Part shown: in pieces, positions 12,101 to 26,343 of the stretch
Layout of the letters: the number at the start of each line of letters is the position of its first letter
How positions within the stretch are numbered: position 1 is the first letter of the stretch
Origin: Tubulanus polymorphus
Taxonomy: Eukaryota > Animalia > Nemertea
Direction: 5' to 3'
NCBI RefSeq assembly: GCF_964204645.1
Contig: NC_134033.1
Location: 4,736,231 to 4,800,230, forward strand
Length of the DNA: 64,000 nt
Made by a program: the position numbers and the translations under genes
The notes under the pieces: model-generated
What the model was told of the DNA's origin: nothing
What the model saw: only the letters and a program-made list of their open reading frames with translations
Database searches by the model: none

Positions 12101-15100
12101 ATGCATTAAAATCGTTTCTTTCTGTTTCACAAATGAATGTCGTGTGCGTCTCCTCGATTTGACACGGGAATCGAACCCAGTTCGCCGATCCTCGTGGATT
12201 ATTCAGTATCATCGCCGTACACGGCATATCGACGTCATTTATCGGTTGTTTTCTTAGCGGAGATATCAATCCTCGAATAACTTCTGGCATCGTTTCATTA
12301 ACAGCAGCAGGTTTAAACCATTCTGCGTAACTGAACGGTTTCCCATCAGACCACGAGTAATAACCACTGGACTCCTTTAAAAACAAACAAACAAATATTT
12401 GTTATACGTACATTGCAGAAAACCCTTTTTGGATTATTTTCTGTGTTCTAATCATTTCGGGAATAATTTAATATCTTGACACATGACAAGAATATAAATC
12501 GTAATCATCGAAGTTCTATTAGATGATTAATATTTGATGTGTATTTTACCTGCCATTTCAATCCAATCATCACAATAAGCCCTGCCTGTGAATATGCCTC
12601 AGAAAGCAGTTTTGTAGCGAACAGCTTTTTAACGGCCATCATTTCACGTTTAGAGTTGATACTGAGAAGATGTCCTCCATATTTCTGTTGACAGTAAATC
12701 TCAGCGTTCTCCCAATTCAGACGTTCATGTTTAATGTATCTAATACACGAAACGCCTGAATCTAGAAAATCTGATCGGCAGCCATTGATTCGGTGTTTCT
12801 TTAAAGGCGATTGTTCTAAAGTGTATTGGATTCGAAATATTGGCATGAACTTTGACAACTCAAAATATAAGTCATACCCGAGTAGACTGTACAATACAAG
12901 TCCTGCTACTGCGTTATTTTCACATATTGTTGTTGTATGACGGGTTTCTGTAAAGGTGGAAAATAAATCGTTCCGATCATCAAATATTTTGATAATTTGT
13001 GTTAGCAATATTGATCCCCTTATGCGGGTACCAATAGATTCGGAGCATGATGTTTGTCCGATAAATTTAAACAGGAATCTGATGTAATGATTTATATTTT
13101 TGTCAGTAGGAAAAGAAAAACTAAAGAATATAGTTAGGGAGGTTGATAATCCAGGGAAGTCCGGTGACTGCACGAGTCCACAATCTACGTTTCTTGAAAT
13201 TCCTCCGAATGACCTTGGATACAGTTGACTTTGTTTTAATTTCTGACATTTACGTCGTAATACAATCATTAGTGGTGACCTCCAGAATTCATACCTAGTT
13301 CGTAATGATTTCACATGGTTAAATACGAGACTGCTATTTAAAACGTGACTATTGAGACTTATCGTTAAACAGGGAGTCCTAGCTGTACGATAACATCTGT
13401 CAATTTGATATTCGTGTTCTGATAATACATCAATGTTTTCTATCGGTAGGCGTCGATTTTCAGGTGTAATCACGAGACAGTATGACGTCATTGTAATTTG
13501 TCGTCCTCCTTCCTGGAGAACATACCCGTCACAATCAGTAGGAACTAATTTTAGTCTACCAGTTACTAGTTTATCATGCCAGTTGTAAGCGTACGCTACT
13601 ACAGTAACCGGTCCCCCTGATGTAATCAGGCTGACGACAGATCGACCGTAGTATGAACCAGGACAATACGGACCATAGCGTCTAGCTGTGAAATTACTAC
13701 CATCAAATATATAAAAACCAGCTCGATCACAATTCTCTGATAGCACTGTTAGTTTCAAAACTGATGATGTATCCTCATAGATGTCGATTTTCGAGCTGAG
13801 TGCAAATCTACTGATACGATATTGTAACTTCCGTTTCGAATATCCGGGGAACAGACTATATTGCGACACTCTATGATGATGTGACACCTAAAATAGATTT
13901 GAACAAATGATTAATATTGATTCGATATTGATAAAAAAATATTCTACAGCATGTTTTCATGTTCTTTTTACCAACTTTTTTATCTTCCACTTTGACGTCT
14001 GTTTCCTTCAATGATTTTATTTTGTAGTCGATCGATGTTGAATTCCTCAACGATTTTCCGGAAAGATTCTCTGATAACAGTAAACACAATATCACGAGAA
14101 ATCCGTCAGATTTTACGCCTAACGATTCCAGGTAGTTTTCGCCGAGTAAAATATCAGTTCCGACAACCGTTAAACCCTCCAGTTTATAAACACCGATGAC
14201 GTCACCGGAAGTGACGAGATCACGTGACCAGTTGAAGACGACGTACTGCAGTATTTCAGCTGTGATAGACCAGCAGTATAAGCGTTTAGACCGAGTTATT
14301 ACGTGCGGCCTATCACCAGGAATGAGCACTCCAGATTTGTTTTTATAAATCGAAATCGATGGATTCGAAATATTCCAATCTGATATTCTATACAGTTTTA
14401 CAAATAGATTAGTTTTGAGAGTCACTCGGACCTGTCTCATTGAAAAAGTGACGATAGCTCTGTTAGTTTTAGTGTAAATAGAGATGGGCGGATGTCCGGT
14501 TTGTTCCCGTATATTCATTATAGGTTCACTTGTGTTCCATCCGTCATAAATTTGAACGGTCAAATCTAAACCTGCTTGTAACAATCTAAAATCTATTCTC
14601 TCAAAAGTCAGATTCATACCGAAACCCTCTGGTATCCCGGACCACTCCAGCTGCAGGAAACTACATAATATTCCATACATTTCGATGATAGCAAATTTAT
14701 AACCAGTTTCAAAAGTTTGCAATTGTTTTAGTTTGTTGGACGAACAGTGGTGAACAGTTTTTAGATGGTTTTCCTCCAAACGATAAAATACATAAACTCT
14801 ACTTCCTTTCACAACATCATTTACATCACTCTTAAACATCAACGATAATGAATTACTGCGGTAAATATCTAATTGTTTTCCATCACCGCACAGTAAGTTA
14901 TCAGAATCGCTGATGCGAAGATAGTTATCTCTACAGAATATAGACGGCTCGATGTCGTAGTAAACTTGGACGCGAAAGGTACCCGGTAAAGAGCTGTTGA
15001 CGAACCAATGACATTCAACACCGCGCGTAAACGACGGATAATTCGGTGAAACGATGTAACCGGACGTAGAATCGAGTGAAAACCACGTATTGTTACACCG

Positions 15101-15208
15101 TGAACTGACAGTTACAGACGGTTGATCGGTAGAGATCCGATCAGTCGTCTGAACCGACGACAGTGTCATTAGTAGAATGAGTAATAACGTTAAGAGACTG
15201 CGCGTCAT
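9144..15208 (-). pseudogene. GRL101-like receptor copy 2, single in-frame nonsense codon in exon 3
   Basis: Exons 15208-13976, 13887-12550, 12374-9144. GGA>TGA at 11363-11361 (KRCD* versus KRCDG in paralogs). ORFs 11361..12386 and 9144..11297 are in the same frame; no other lesion seen. Confidence 0.8.
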
Positions 15209-15998
15209 GTTGACATTCTCCTCGATCAGTTTAACTCTAAACACAGTGAGTAGATTTTAATCCAATTAATGTTGGGCGTTTCCGAGTGAGTGAGGGAGAG
15301 AGAGCGGTAGAGAGGATGAGTCAGACTACACGGCGCTCACTAAAAATTAAATTCGATAATCTACGAAACCGAGTAATGATTAACGAGATTAAAAATCTTA
15401 TTCGACATTCAGTGCCTAGTTAGTTCTATATTCATATATCTACATACAATTTTAAAATGTCCTTCGTCCCGTGGTAAATCGAAAACGCTACTGCGGCAAG
15501 CGATGATTCAGAGATAATCCTCCAGGTGTCGCTAGTGGCACTGGGTTACCGCACTGCAAATTTATTTTTCACAAGAGACCCGCGCATGCGCAGTAATAGA
15601 CACCATGATCATCAGACGATCCCAATTTTGATTGTCGATAGTAAATGGCGGCTGTTTTGATAGTAGTTATTCTATATTTAGAGAGTCCGGAGCGTAAGGG
15701 CATGAGGTTTATACCACAGGGTCGAAAGGGTCAGAGTTAGGTTTGGGTTCGAGAAGGCTTAGGTTTAGGATTAGGGTTTTAACGGGAAAAACAATAGGAA
15801 CAAATGTAATAAATGTATGTATAGTTAAAAGTTGCTTAGCCGGCACTCGAGCTTGTGTGTTCAAATCCAATTTTCAAAATATCAACTTTCAATTTTCCAA
15901 GACGACTAAACATACTGAAAAACTGATAAAGATAATTATCTAAGAACTATTTTATTATGTTAATGTGATGATATTGTAACTGCTGATAAGTGACCTAT

Positions 15999-16340
15999 CT
16001 ACAATAAACGACTTTGCAGTTGCTCATTCTTACCAGAAAGATCTGGGCGTATTAAAGATTCGTAACCATCTTTGAAATAAAGGGCAACGCAACCACCCTT
16101 AACATCATTCGAGCGGCTTTTGAAAATACTATTGTAGCCAGGTAGTTTATAAAGATTATTGTTATGGGCATTATCATTACTCCTAGTCTCAGTAAGATGA
16201 GATAAGATCCTATGATAGAAAAATCGGATTTCATACAATTGATGTAGTCAGTGAAAGAATCAAAATTTTTGTTGCAACTTCGAATATTAAAAGTGCAAAT
16301 TGAGAATTGACTTTTATCGAATTCAAAGTTATTTTCATCA
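15999..16340 (-). mobile_element. LINE endonuclease fragment in the intergenic spacer
   Basis: LTET.SN...YKLPGYNSIFKSR...KGGCVALY resembles the APE N-terminus; a paralogous fragment lies at 37084-37400. Confidence 0.65.
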
Positions 16341-16915
16341 TACTGACAATTAGAAAATCATTTCTGAAAATAATGCAGTTCAGCACCCTGGATTTTAATG
16401 CGCGCTTTAAAAAACTGACCACCGATTTTCATATCGCTCCCATGTCGCATTGTGGCAAATTTGAGACATGTTTTTTGCATCACTGAAAACTAGAGATTCA
16501 TACGGTTTAAATGTTGTTAAAACTGTCAATTTCCAACAATGGACCAAAGAAACGTGATGCAGGACAAAAGTGCCCTAACAAAATGGCGGCTATAGTAACT
16601 GTACGTTTTTTTAACCTTGTTATAACGAGTTCGGATATAAAGATTTATCAGTCATGACGAACCGAGAATTTCATCCCGAATCGGATAATTTCAATAATTT
16701 TAAACCGGATAAGCCGGGCTGGCGATGGTCTGCAATTTCGGGGTACGCGTTAATAGAAGCCCCGTTTGGTAGGCGCTGTCTTTACTGTGGTTCATCGTAA
16801 TATTTTCAAATACCGTATTATGTTTAATATCTGATCGTGTTTTTTGATGTGTAGCGGTTATCACTAAAACTGCATTGTAGAGGAAATAAGTTATAATCAT
16901 TCATCAAAACTATCA

Positions 16916-19900
16916 TCATTTGATTGGTTGTCGTTTTCTGCGTTTATTTCGAGCTCGTATGGATTTCATATCGATTGTTAGAATAGTGTAAAGAAGCGGG
17001 TTCAGAGTCGAGTTTATCGGCAAGAAAAGAATGGCCAGCCAAGCGGCCACCTGGTTCGGTATCTCGACCGAAAATACGGCGCAAAACTGAACGATTATTA
17101 ACGGTAACCAGCAAAATAAATTACACAAATTGATGACTAAACTGCGTCGAGCTAGAACGAGTTCTGTAGGATCGGCTCTACCCGAACCGGACCTGCTTCC
17201 GGATACATACTTGTACATCTGCGCGTACGACATCATTATCAGAGTGAGAATGATCGCGTTTAATACAGCGAATATAGCGAACGAATATTGCCAACCATTG
17301 ACATCTATAGATATTAAATTCATAGGTAAACAGATACCCGTACTACCGTAAAAATTATCACCGAAATAAGACGACCGAGACAGCGGCAGAAAGGCGATTA
17401 AACTCAGAAATATCCAGCATAAACAAGACAGAATCATAATAATATTTGAGGATAAAACCGGGTTACCGGAAAATGGGTCGATTATATTCGAATATCTGAA
17501 ACGCGTGAGGAGAAGGAGAAATGTTAAAGAGCCTTCGCAAGATATCGTCACCACAATTCCGGCGACACCGCATAATGAACTACGAGTCCAAGTTTCAGTA
17601 TTCAGAAAATAAACACCTTTATAAACGTGATCAGTTGCAGCGATCAGAAACAGATAAACAGACATCAGGAAATCACAAAGCGCAATATTAATGATGAGGA
17701 TATCCGACGATTTATTTTGTGTTTCTGACGAAACTCGAATCGACCTAAAACGAAATAAGATAACGGTAATATTGGAAACGAATGTAAAACAAGCGATGAT
17801 CCAGATAACAGCTGTGAGGACAGTGTTCTCAATGAGGTCTGAACACGATGAGAATTGATCAGGATCCGGGAGACACCGGTCAATATTCGGCGCCATACAA
17901 CAGAATTTATACGCGTCCGAAGCGAGAAAATATAAAGACGTCAGATTATCAAAGATATTATTTTCCGTAGAAATGATCCGAGAATTGTTGGTGAAATCTA
18001 GAACTCCCAGTGACCTCAACCCAGTAAACGCGTATCTGGATATTGATTCGATTACGTTACTGCTGATATTCAAATATTTCAGCGCTGGTAAACCTCGGAA
18101 TACGTTACGAGTAAGAATCGATATAGAGAGTTCACGGAGATCCATAACCGGAAGTGACGTCAAACCGTTGAAGCTTCCATCGTTCAAATATCTCAGCGGA
18201 TTTCCAGCGAGTAAAAGTTGTTTCAAACTGTTTAAACCAGTGAATGTATTAGTATCTAGTGATACTAGGCGATTATACGACATATCTAATGTATTTAGAT
18301 TGTGTAGATTAGAAAACGCGTTGGAGACAATGTCAGATAAATGATTACGGGAAATATTGAGTAAGAAAAGGTACAGAAAAGAGGAAAATGTCGATTCATT
18401 GAATCTAACTCGGTTATTCGATAAAATCAAAACTCGAGTCGAAGCGGCAAAAATTCCAGATATATCCGATGAAAAAGTATTTTCACAATCGATGAAACGA
18501 CCTTGACATTTACAATAGTTAGGACACGTGACGTCGCAGTAAGCCTCGTCATCCGAGTTATGTTTACAATTAACGACGCCATCGCAAACTTCCGACTGAG
18601 GAATACATCGATGTTCGTCAGCGCATTTAAACATTCCCGGACACGAAAAAGTTTCGCAATTGAATTCATCTTCTGAATTGGGACAATCTGATCGACCATC
18701 GCACACGTGTCTAATCGGTATACAATAAGACGATGGACATTTCACTGTACCAGCTGGACATTCAAACTCATTACAATTCAGTAAATGTTCGAGTCTTCTA
18801 CAAACAGGAAAACCTGTCGACATTGTTTCTAAAATACATCTTTCTCTTCTCGCGTAACAATGAGGAGAATCGAATGAACATCTTTGTTTATCCGATTCGT
18901 TACAGAGTGAAGTGAAATTGGTCGTGCAGTAGTTCTCTGTAGTGCAGTGAATTTGTGGTTTGATCGTTATATTGGTCGTTACTATTTCATCTTCTTCGAG
19001 GTCCCCGCCACAATCTACAACGCCATCCCGAAACAACAGAGAACTGATACATTCGCCATTTACGCACAAAAACCCGTTACATTCCCCCGAAGAGCAGTCG
19101 ATCTCATCGGATTTATCTTGACAGTCAACCAGTCCATCGCATCGTTTATATTTATCCACACATTGTCCGCCGTTACACTTAAATTGATCAGAGGAACATA
19201 AAATATGATAGCACGAGTTCTCATCCGAGCCATCGACGCAATCTCTCATAAGGTCACAGAAACCGCTAATCGATATAACCTGTCCATCGTTACAGGGGAA
19301 CTGACTGTGTAAATTGATATCCGTACAATCGAGTTCATCTTCACCGTGTTGACAGTCGTTTCTGGTATCGCATACGCGATGGTCACTGATACATCTTTGA
19401 TCGTTACATTCAAACTGCCACGATTTACAACCGCTTATAGAAGCCAACTCTTTACCAGTTACATCATAGGAACATAGCACGGAATGCGCTTCATCTGTGA
19501 CATTATTGAAGGCAGTCACTGACCATTTCACTGTTTGAAAATATGTTATCCAATCTCTAATTACAACTGGTTTTATTGCCACAATTCTTCCGCTGGTATG
19601 ATTAGTCAGTATAGCGCCATATTGATGCTGATAGTGGAAAACATTTATCAAATACTGAATTTCAATACTAGATGTTATTATACCTATGTCTCCGCCGATT
19701 GTAAAACACATTTCTCTGGCTGTTTGGATTGTTAAACTTTCAGTATGGAGCGTTTGCCAGTCTGTAAGTATTTGATAGCAATGCGCTTCTATATGAATCC
19801 ATCCTCTTAGACACGTGGAGTTAAATCGTTCAATGTTTTCCCGCTTTATTTCAGTTGTATCGTTTTGTGAAGATGCATTAAAATCGTTTCTTTCTGTTTC

Positions 19901-22900
19901 ACAAATGAATGTCGTGTGCGTCTCCTCGATTTGACACGGGAATCGAACCCAGTTCGCCGATCCTCGTGGATTATTCAGTATCATCGCCGTACACGGCATA
20001 TTGACGTCATTTATCGGCTGTTTTCTTAGCGGAGATATCAATCCTCGAATAACTTCTGGTATCGTTTCATTAACAGCAGCAGGTTCAAACCATTCTGTGT
20101 AACTGAACGGTTTCCCGTCAGACCTCGAGTAATAACTACTGGACTCCTTTAAAAACAAATACTTATTGTACATACATTGCAGTAAACTCTTTTTGGATTC
20201 TGTGTTCTAATCATTTTTGGAATAACCGAATATCTTGACACATGACAGGAACATACATCATTATACCAAAGCTCAATTAGATGATTGATATTTGATATGA
20301 ATATTACCTGCCATCTCAATGCAATCATCACAATAAGCGCCGCTTGTGAATATCCCTCATGAAGCAGTTTTGTAGCGAACAGCTTTTTCACGGCCATCAT
20401 TTCACGTTGAGAGTTGATACTGAGAAGATGTCCTCCATATTTCTGTTGACAGTAAATTTCAGCGTTCTCCCAATTCAGACGTTCGTGTTTGATGTATCTA
20501 ATACACGAAACGCCTGAATCTAGAAAATCTGATCGGCAGCCATTGATTCGATGTTTCAGTAAAGGCGATTGTTCTACATTGTATTGAATTCGAAATATTG
20601 GCATGAACTTTGACAGCTCAAAATACAAGTCATACCCGAGTAGACTGTACAATACAAGTCCTGCTACTGCGTTATTTTCACATATTTTGGTTATATGACG
20701 GGTTTCAGTAATGGAAAATGAATTATTTGGATCATCAAATATTTTAATGATTTGTCTTAGTAATATTGATCCCCTTGTGTGGGTACTAACAGATTCGGAG
20801 CATGATGTTTGTCCGATAAATTTAAACAGGAATCTGATGTAATGATTTATATTTTTGTCAGTAGGAAAAGAGAAAATAAAGAATATAGTTAAAGAGGTTG
20901 ATAATCCAGGGAAGTTCGGTGACTGCACGAGTCCACAATGTACAGCGTGCCTTGCGTTTCCACCCCTAAAACCTGGAACCATTTGACTTGGTTTTAATTT
21001 CTGACATTTACGTCGTAATTCAATCATCAGTGGGTACCTCCAGAATCCATATTCAGTGCGTAATAATTTTAAATGGTTTAATACGAGACTGGTGTTTAAC
21101 ACGTGGCTATTGAGTCTTATCGTTGGACACGGATTCCTACTTCCAGGATAACAACTGTCAATTTGATATTCGTGTTCTGATAATACATCTATGTTTTCTA
21201 TCGGTAGGCGTCGATTTTCAGGTGTAATCACGAGACAAAATGACGTCATAGTGAACTTACGTTCTCCTTCCTGTAGAACATACCCGTCACAGTCAGTAGG
21301 AACTAATTTTAGTCTACCCGATACTAGTTTATCATGCCAGTTGTAAGCGTACGCTACTACAGTAACCGGTCCACCTGATGTAATCAGACTGACGACAGAT
21401 CGACCGTAGTATGAACCAGGACAATACGGACCATAGCGTCTAGCTGTGAAATTACTACCATAAAATATATAAAAACCAGCTCGGTCACAATTCTCCGATA
21501 AAATGTTCAGTTTTAATCCGCGTGATGTATCCTCATAGATGTCGATTTTCGAGCTGAGTGCAAATCTACTGATACGATATTGTAACTTCCGTTTCGGATA
21601 ACGGGGGAACAGACTGTCATGGTACACTGAATGAGTATTTCTAACCTACAATAGATGCAAACATAGAGTAAATCATCGGTATTCAATAAATGTTCATTCC
21701 GTATTTTCCTTTGCCCATTAACCGACAAATATTGCAACTCTGCCGTTAAAGGGTCAATGACTTGTGTTCGATCAGGTTTGATTTCAAAAAATCACGATTC
21801 ATGTGAATTCTACACATTATTTCATCGTTGATAAAACAATTTCAAATCAATACAATAAATGTAAAAGATATTTTCAAGCTGTTTTAACTCACTTTTTTAT
21901 CTTCCACTTTGACGTCTGTTTCCTTCAATGATTCTATTTTGTATTCGATCGATGTTGAATTCATCAACGATTTTCCGAAAAGATTCTCTGATAACAGTAA
22001 ACACAATATCACGAGAAATCCGTCAGATTTTACGCCTAACGATTCCAGGTAGTTTTCGCCGAGTAAAATATCAGTTCCGACAACCGTTAAACCTTCCAGT
22101 TTATAAACACCGATGACGTCACCGGAAGTGACGAGATCACGTGACCAGTTGAAGACGACGTACTGCAGTATTTCAGCTGTGATAGACCAGCAGTATAAGC
22201 GTTTAGACAGAGTTATTACGTACGGCCTATCACCAGGAATGAGCACTCCAGATTTGCTTTTATAAATCGAAATCGATGGATTAGAAATATTCCAATCTGA
22301 TATTCTATACAGTTTTACAAATAGATTAGTTTTGAGGGATAATCCGGCCTGTTTCATTGAAAAAGTGATGATAGGTCTATTAGTTTTAGTGTAAATAGAG
22401 ATGGGCGGATGTCCGGTTTGTTCCCGTATATTCATTATAGGTTCAGTTGTGTTCCATCCGTCATAAATTTGAACGGTCAAATTCAAACCTGGTTGTTTTA
22501 TTCTGAAATCTATTTTCTCAAAAGTCAAATTCATACCAAAACCCTCTGGTAACCCGGACCACTCGAGCTGCAGGAAATTACATATTCCAAACATCCAGGT
22601 GATCAATTTATAACCAGTTTTTAAAGTTTGCAATTGTTTTAGTTTGTTGGACGAACAGTGATGAACAGTTTTCAGATGTTTTTCCTCCAAACGATAAAAT
22701 ACATAAACTCGACTTCCTTTCACAACATCATTTACATCACTCTTAAACATCAACGATAATGAATTACTGCGGTAGATATCTAATTGTTTTCCAGCACCGC
22801 ACAGTAAGTTATCAGAATCGCTGATGTGAAGATAGTTATCTCTACAGAATATCGACGGCTCGATGTCGTAGTAAACTTGGATGCGAAAGGTACCCGGTAA

Positions 22901-23119
22901 AGAGCTGTTGACGAACCAGCGACATTCAACACCGCGCGTAAACGACGGATAGTTCGGTGAAACGATGTAACCGGACGTAGAATCGAGTGAAAACCACGTA
23001 TTGTTACACCGTGAACTGACAGTTACAGACGGTTGATAGGTAGAGATCCGATCAGTCGTCTGAACCGACGACAGTTTCATTAGTAGAATGAGTAATAACG
23101 TTAAGAGACTGCGCGTCAT
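16916..23119 (-). CDS. GRL101-like CUB/CTL/LDLa/LRR GPCR copy 3 (intact, ~1931 aa)
   Basis: Exons 23119-21893, 21645-20308, 20146-16916 with phase-0 GT-AG introns at the same positions as copy 1; all three exons are open. Confidence 0.88.
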
Positions 23120-24537
23120 GTTGACATTCTCCTCGATCAGTTTAACTCTAACCACAGCGAATAGATATTAATCCAATTAATGTTGGACGTTTTTCATTGG
23201 ACCGAGATAGAGCTGGATGAGACACAGACTACACGGCGCCCAGTAAAAATAAATTCGATAATTTCCGAAACCGAATTAATGATTAACTAGATTCAAATGG
23301 AATGTAAAAATGTTATTCGATATTTTGTGCCGAGTCAGTTTTATATACGTACATACAATTTCAAAACTCTAAATTCAAAACGTCCTATTTCGGCTACTAA
23401 TTCTCGCCCGTTGTAAGGTGCTGCTCTCCTCATCGTTAGCGGATTTTCTAGATACTAACTTGAGTCGACTGGCCATCGATTTGTTGAGGAGGCCGTGTTG
23501 ATTGCCAGACTCGATTCATATCTTTCTATCTTAAAATAGGGATTGACTCTGCTATTCGTTTGATTATTATGATTTGGTGTCCCATGTAAACACACCACAC
23601 CTGCCGGTAGCGAAACAGGGGTTTTGATTTTGAAATCGGAAATCGAAGTATAGATAAAGTCGTGTGATCGGCGGTCAAAATTACAGAATTTTTATGTTTA
23701 AATCGAAGTACTATTGGAGAATGAAAATCCCGCTTAAAAGAGCATAGTGGCAGCAACTTGCGATACAGCTAGCGGTAGTATTTCGCCGTATCCAGAAATT
23801 CCACTGTATCCACAGTTTTAGTCACTGTTGCAGTTTGCGGCGTGGCTCGGTGGATCAAGCTGTTTCACTCAGGACATAATGCTTTCGTGTTAGGACATAA
23901 TCAGCGTCCGATTGCTCACAGATCTACCAAATCCTTTTGTCATAGAATACTCGCGGATGCCGGAGTATCTGTACGGATGGATGAGCCGGACATTCAAAAA
24001 GGAACCACACAAAAAGCTCATTGGAACAAAGCCTGATGCTATCAGCGCTGTGCGACAATTATACCTGTTCAAGAGTTTGAGTCCTGCTGAATGCAGTTCG
24101 GGCAACACTTTAGAGGCTGTTATCCAGTTATGAGGTTAGCTCGATCCAGTAGTAGGGTTTCAAAATATTTCCTACGTATCTTTGTTTTCGACCAATGCTG
24201 AAGCCGATAAAATCCATATGGAACTCGTCGAAGAAGGTAAACTACCTAATTCTGTACTTAGAAGGATATTTCAAAACATGGATAATATATAGATAAGACT
24301 CGCCATAGAATCATCGCACAACACAATATATCATGAGTTTATGTCGTACTCCTGTCTTATGTCTGTAATCAACTTCTTTCTTCTCTTCTTTTTTCCCCAT
24401 CTCACCCTGTCTCATCCGATGGGAATACTGTACATTACGAAGTTAGGAAGGTAATTTCTATTCACTCGATTTCTTAATAAAACCAACTGAACAGTTCAGA
24501 TATGTCGTAGTAGTTGTGACGATAATTATGTTTATAA

Positions 24538-25227
24538 CTATTCGAAAGGACGTTGTTTGATTTTCACTTCATTTATTGTTCATGAAGCTAATTTTGACCG
24601 TTATATAGCGACCAATTAATGCGCGCAGTCGAATTGTTTCATTTCACTGGATTCCATTGGTTCATTTTGAAAGGCACTGGTTGAGGACGGGTCAATTTGT
24701 ACCAAATTACTCGTAACGTTCTTATCGTTCGAAACGACGATCGTAAAGTTTCTGAGTCTTTGAGCTGTGAACAAAAAATCAGAAAAACTCTAGTTCAATT
24801 ACATCACGTACGTGAATAATTCATTGAGAGTATAAGCAACCCCCCTTTTGCTATGATTTCTAAGAACTAAATCATTTATAATCTTTAACAACTCTTTCTC
24901 CACGATTTCGGGAACGTGTGTGCGCCCTCTGACTTGGTAAAGTAAATTAAGCGCTCACGGCGTTCGATTCGATCGATTTCCAAAATTCTCTAAAAAGACA
25001 TAAAACGAGATGATTACGTGCCATTTGTCTATTGAACAACGTAAACGCCTTGACTTCATAAACAGCCTGTAAATCAACTATCCACCAATACATTCCGGGT
25101 TTGGCCGCGGTGTGGGTACAGCTACCAGCTCCGTGCTTAGTGTTAGTACTACCGTTGACAGCTTTTCACGCATTTTCTCCTATGAAGCTTTGGTATACCG
25201 GTTTGTTCAAAGCGACGTTCCGCAAGG
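24538..25227 (-). pseudogene. F-type lectin (fucolectin/FTP-domain) pseudogene, two exons
   Basis: Manual translation. Exon 25227-25018: LRNVALNKPVYQSFIGENA*KAVNGSTNTKHGAGSCTHTAAKPGMYWWIVDLQAVYEVKAFTLFNRQMA. Phase-1 intron, then exon from 24764: QRLRNFTIVV...FDCAH(fs)IGRYITVKI...EVKI. Hallmark NVAL.KP, AV.G, CTHT, WW.VDL, NR, RL, GRY motifs; TGA at 25168-25166 plus frameshifts. Confidence 0.8.
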
Positions 25228-26157
25228 CTTCGAATATATAATATACGATATACGAGTACGAAAATATCAGGATCTAGTTTTAGGAAAATCGGAAAGCGGG
25301 GTCTGAGTGGGCGTTCGTCGGATAAAAGCAGCCTCGGCGTGGGCTACAATATATCGGGGCGTTAGGTATTTTTGAAGTAATCCACCAGAATAGATACGAT
25401 TTCAAATGATGAGCGTAAAATCGTTAAGTTTTAGCAATCTCCAACAGTCCTGGTAAGAAGGCGAACTCGACTGGAAGGCAGGGGTCCCATGAGATTAACC
25501 CCTATATCTAGCCCTGCAAACCGACGATGATCATTGCATCGTCACGAACCGATATGCGTGTATTTCATCGATAGAAAAACACTGAAAATGTGTTTGGTTT
25601 GAAACGATTAGAAGATTTTACAGAAGAATAATTTGAAGTAGAAAAATTTTTTAAAAAGATGTTTATTGATCATTTTGCGACCGTCGAGTATCTTCCAGCA
25701 AAATATGAATAATGAATGTGTTGTGTTGAAAGTAATATAATATTATGCTGAACTTTCTGATACCGCGAGCGATCACGATAACGATCGCTAATACGATGGG
25801 TGAGAGCGACTTGTTCCTCATTTTCCGACGTATAAACTCCACCTCACAACTTTAACGTTTTATTGTTGACGTTTCGCCTCGTATCCTAATAGACATCTTC
25901 AGGAATACTGAACGTCGGAATTAAATCATTAGCCGTGATAGTGCTCAACAATGTTGAGGTGATATGAATTATTTTGAAGTAAAATTTTTACGGAATTAAG
26001 GAATCAGCAAATAAATTAAAATTGTAATAATATTAAATGAAGGACGGCTTTGAAACGATAGTTAGAAGGTTATAAAAGAAAGCAGCGATAGAAAAGATGA
26101 CTTTGATGAAACCAGGATTGATCATTACAGATAAGGGAAGATTAACAGAGCGATTCG
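25170..26157 (+). repeat. Segmental duplicate of window positions 1-1348 (lacking 695-1046)
   Basis: Collinear high identity from gcattttctcctatgaagc to agattaacagagc; 352-bp indel. Confidence 0.9.
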
Positions 26158-26343
26158 TTAGATAACTAATGTCAATATTATATGGTGAACTATAGTCACT
26201 GGCATACGTGTACTTCCGTTCCGCTTGGATGAGTTTATGTATATACAACAGTTACGTTCCATTCCGTTCTAGAGATTTATAAACGTTCTAGTGCCAAATA
26301 GACAGTCGTTTGTATTCGTCGCCTGTATTTGTACATGCTAATC

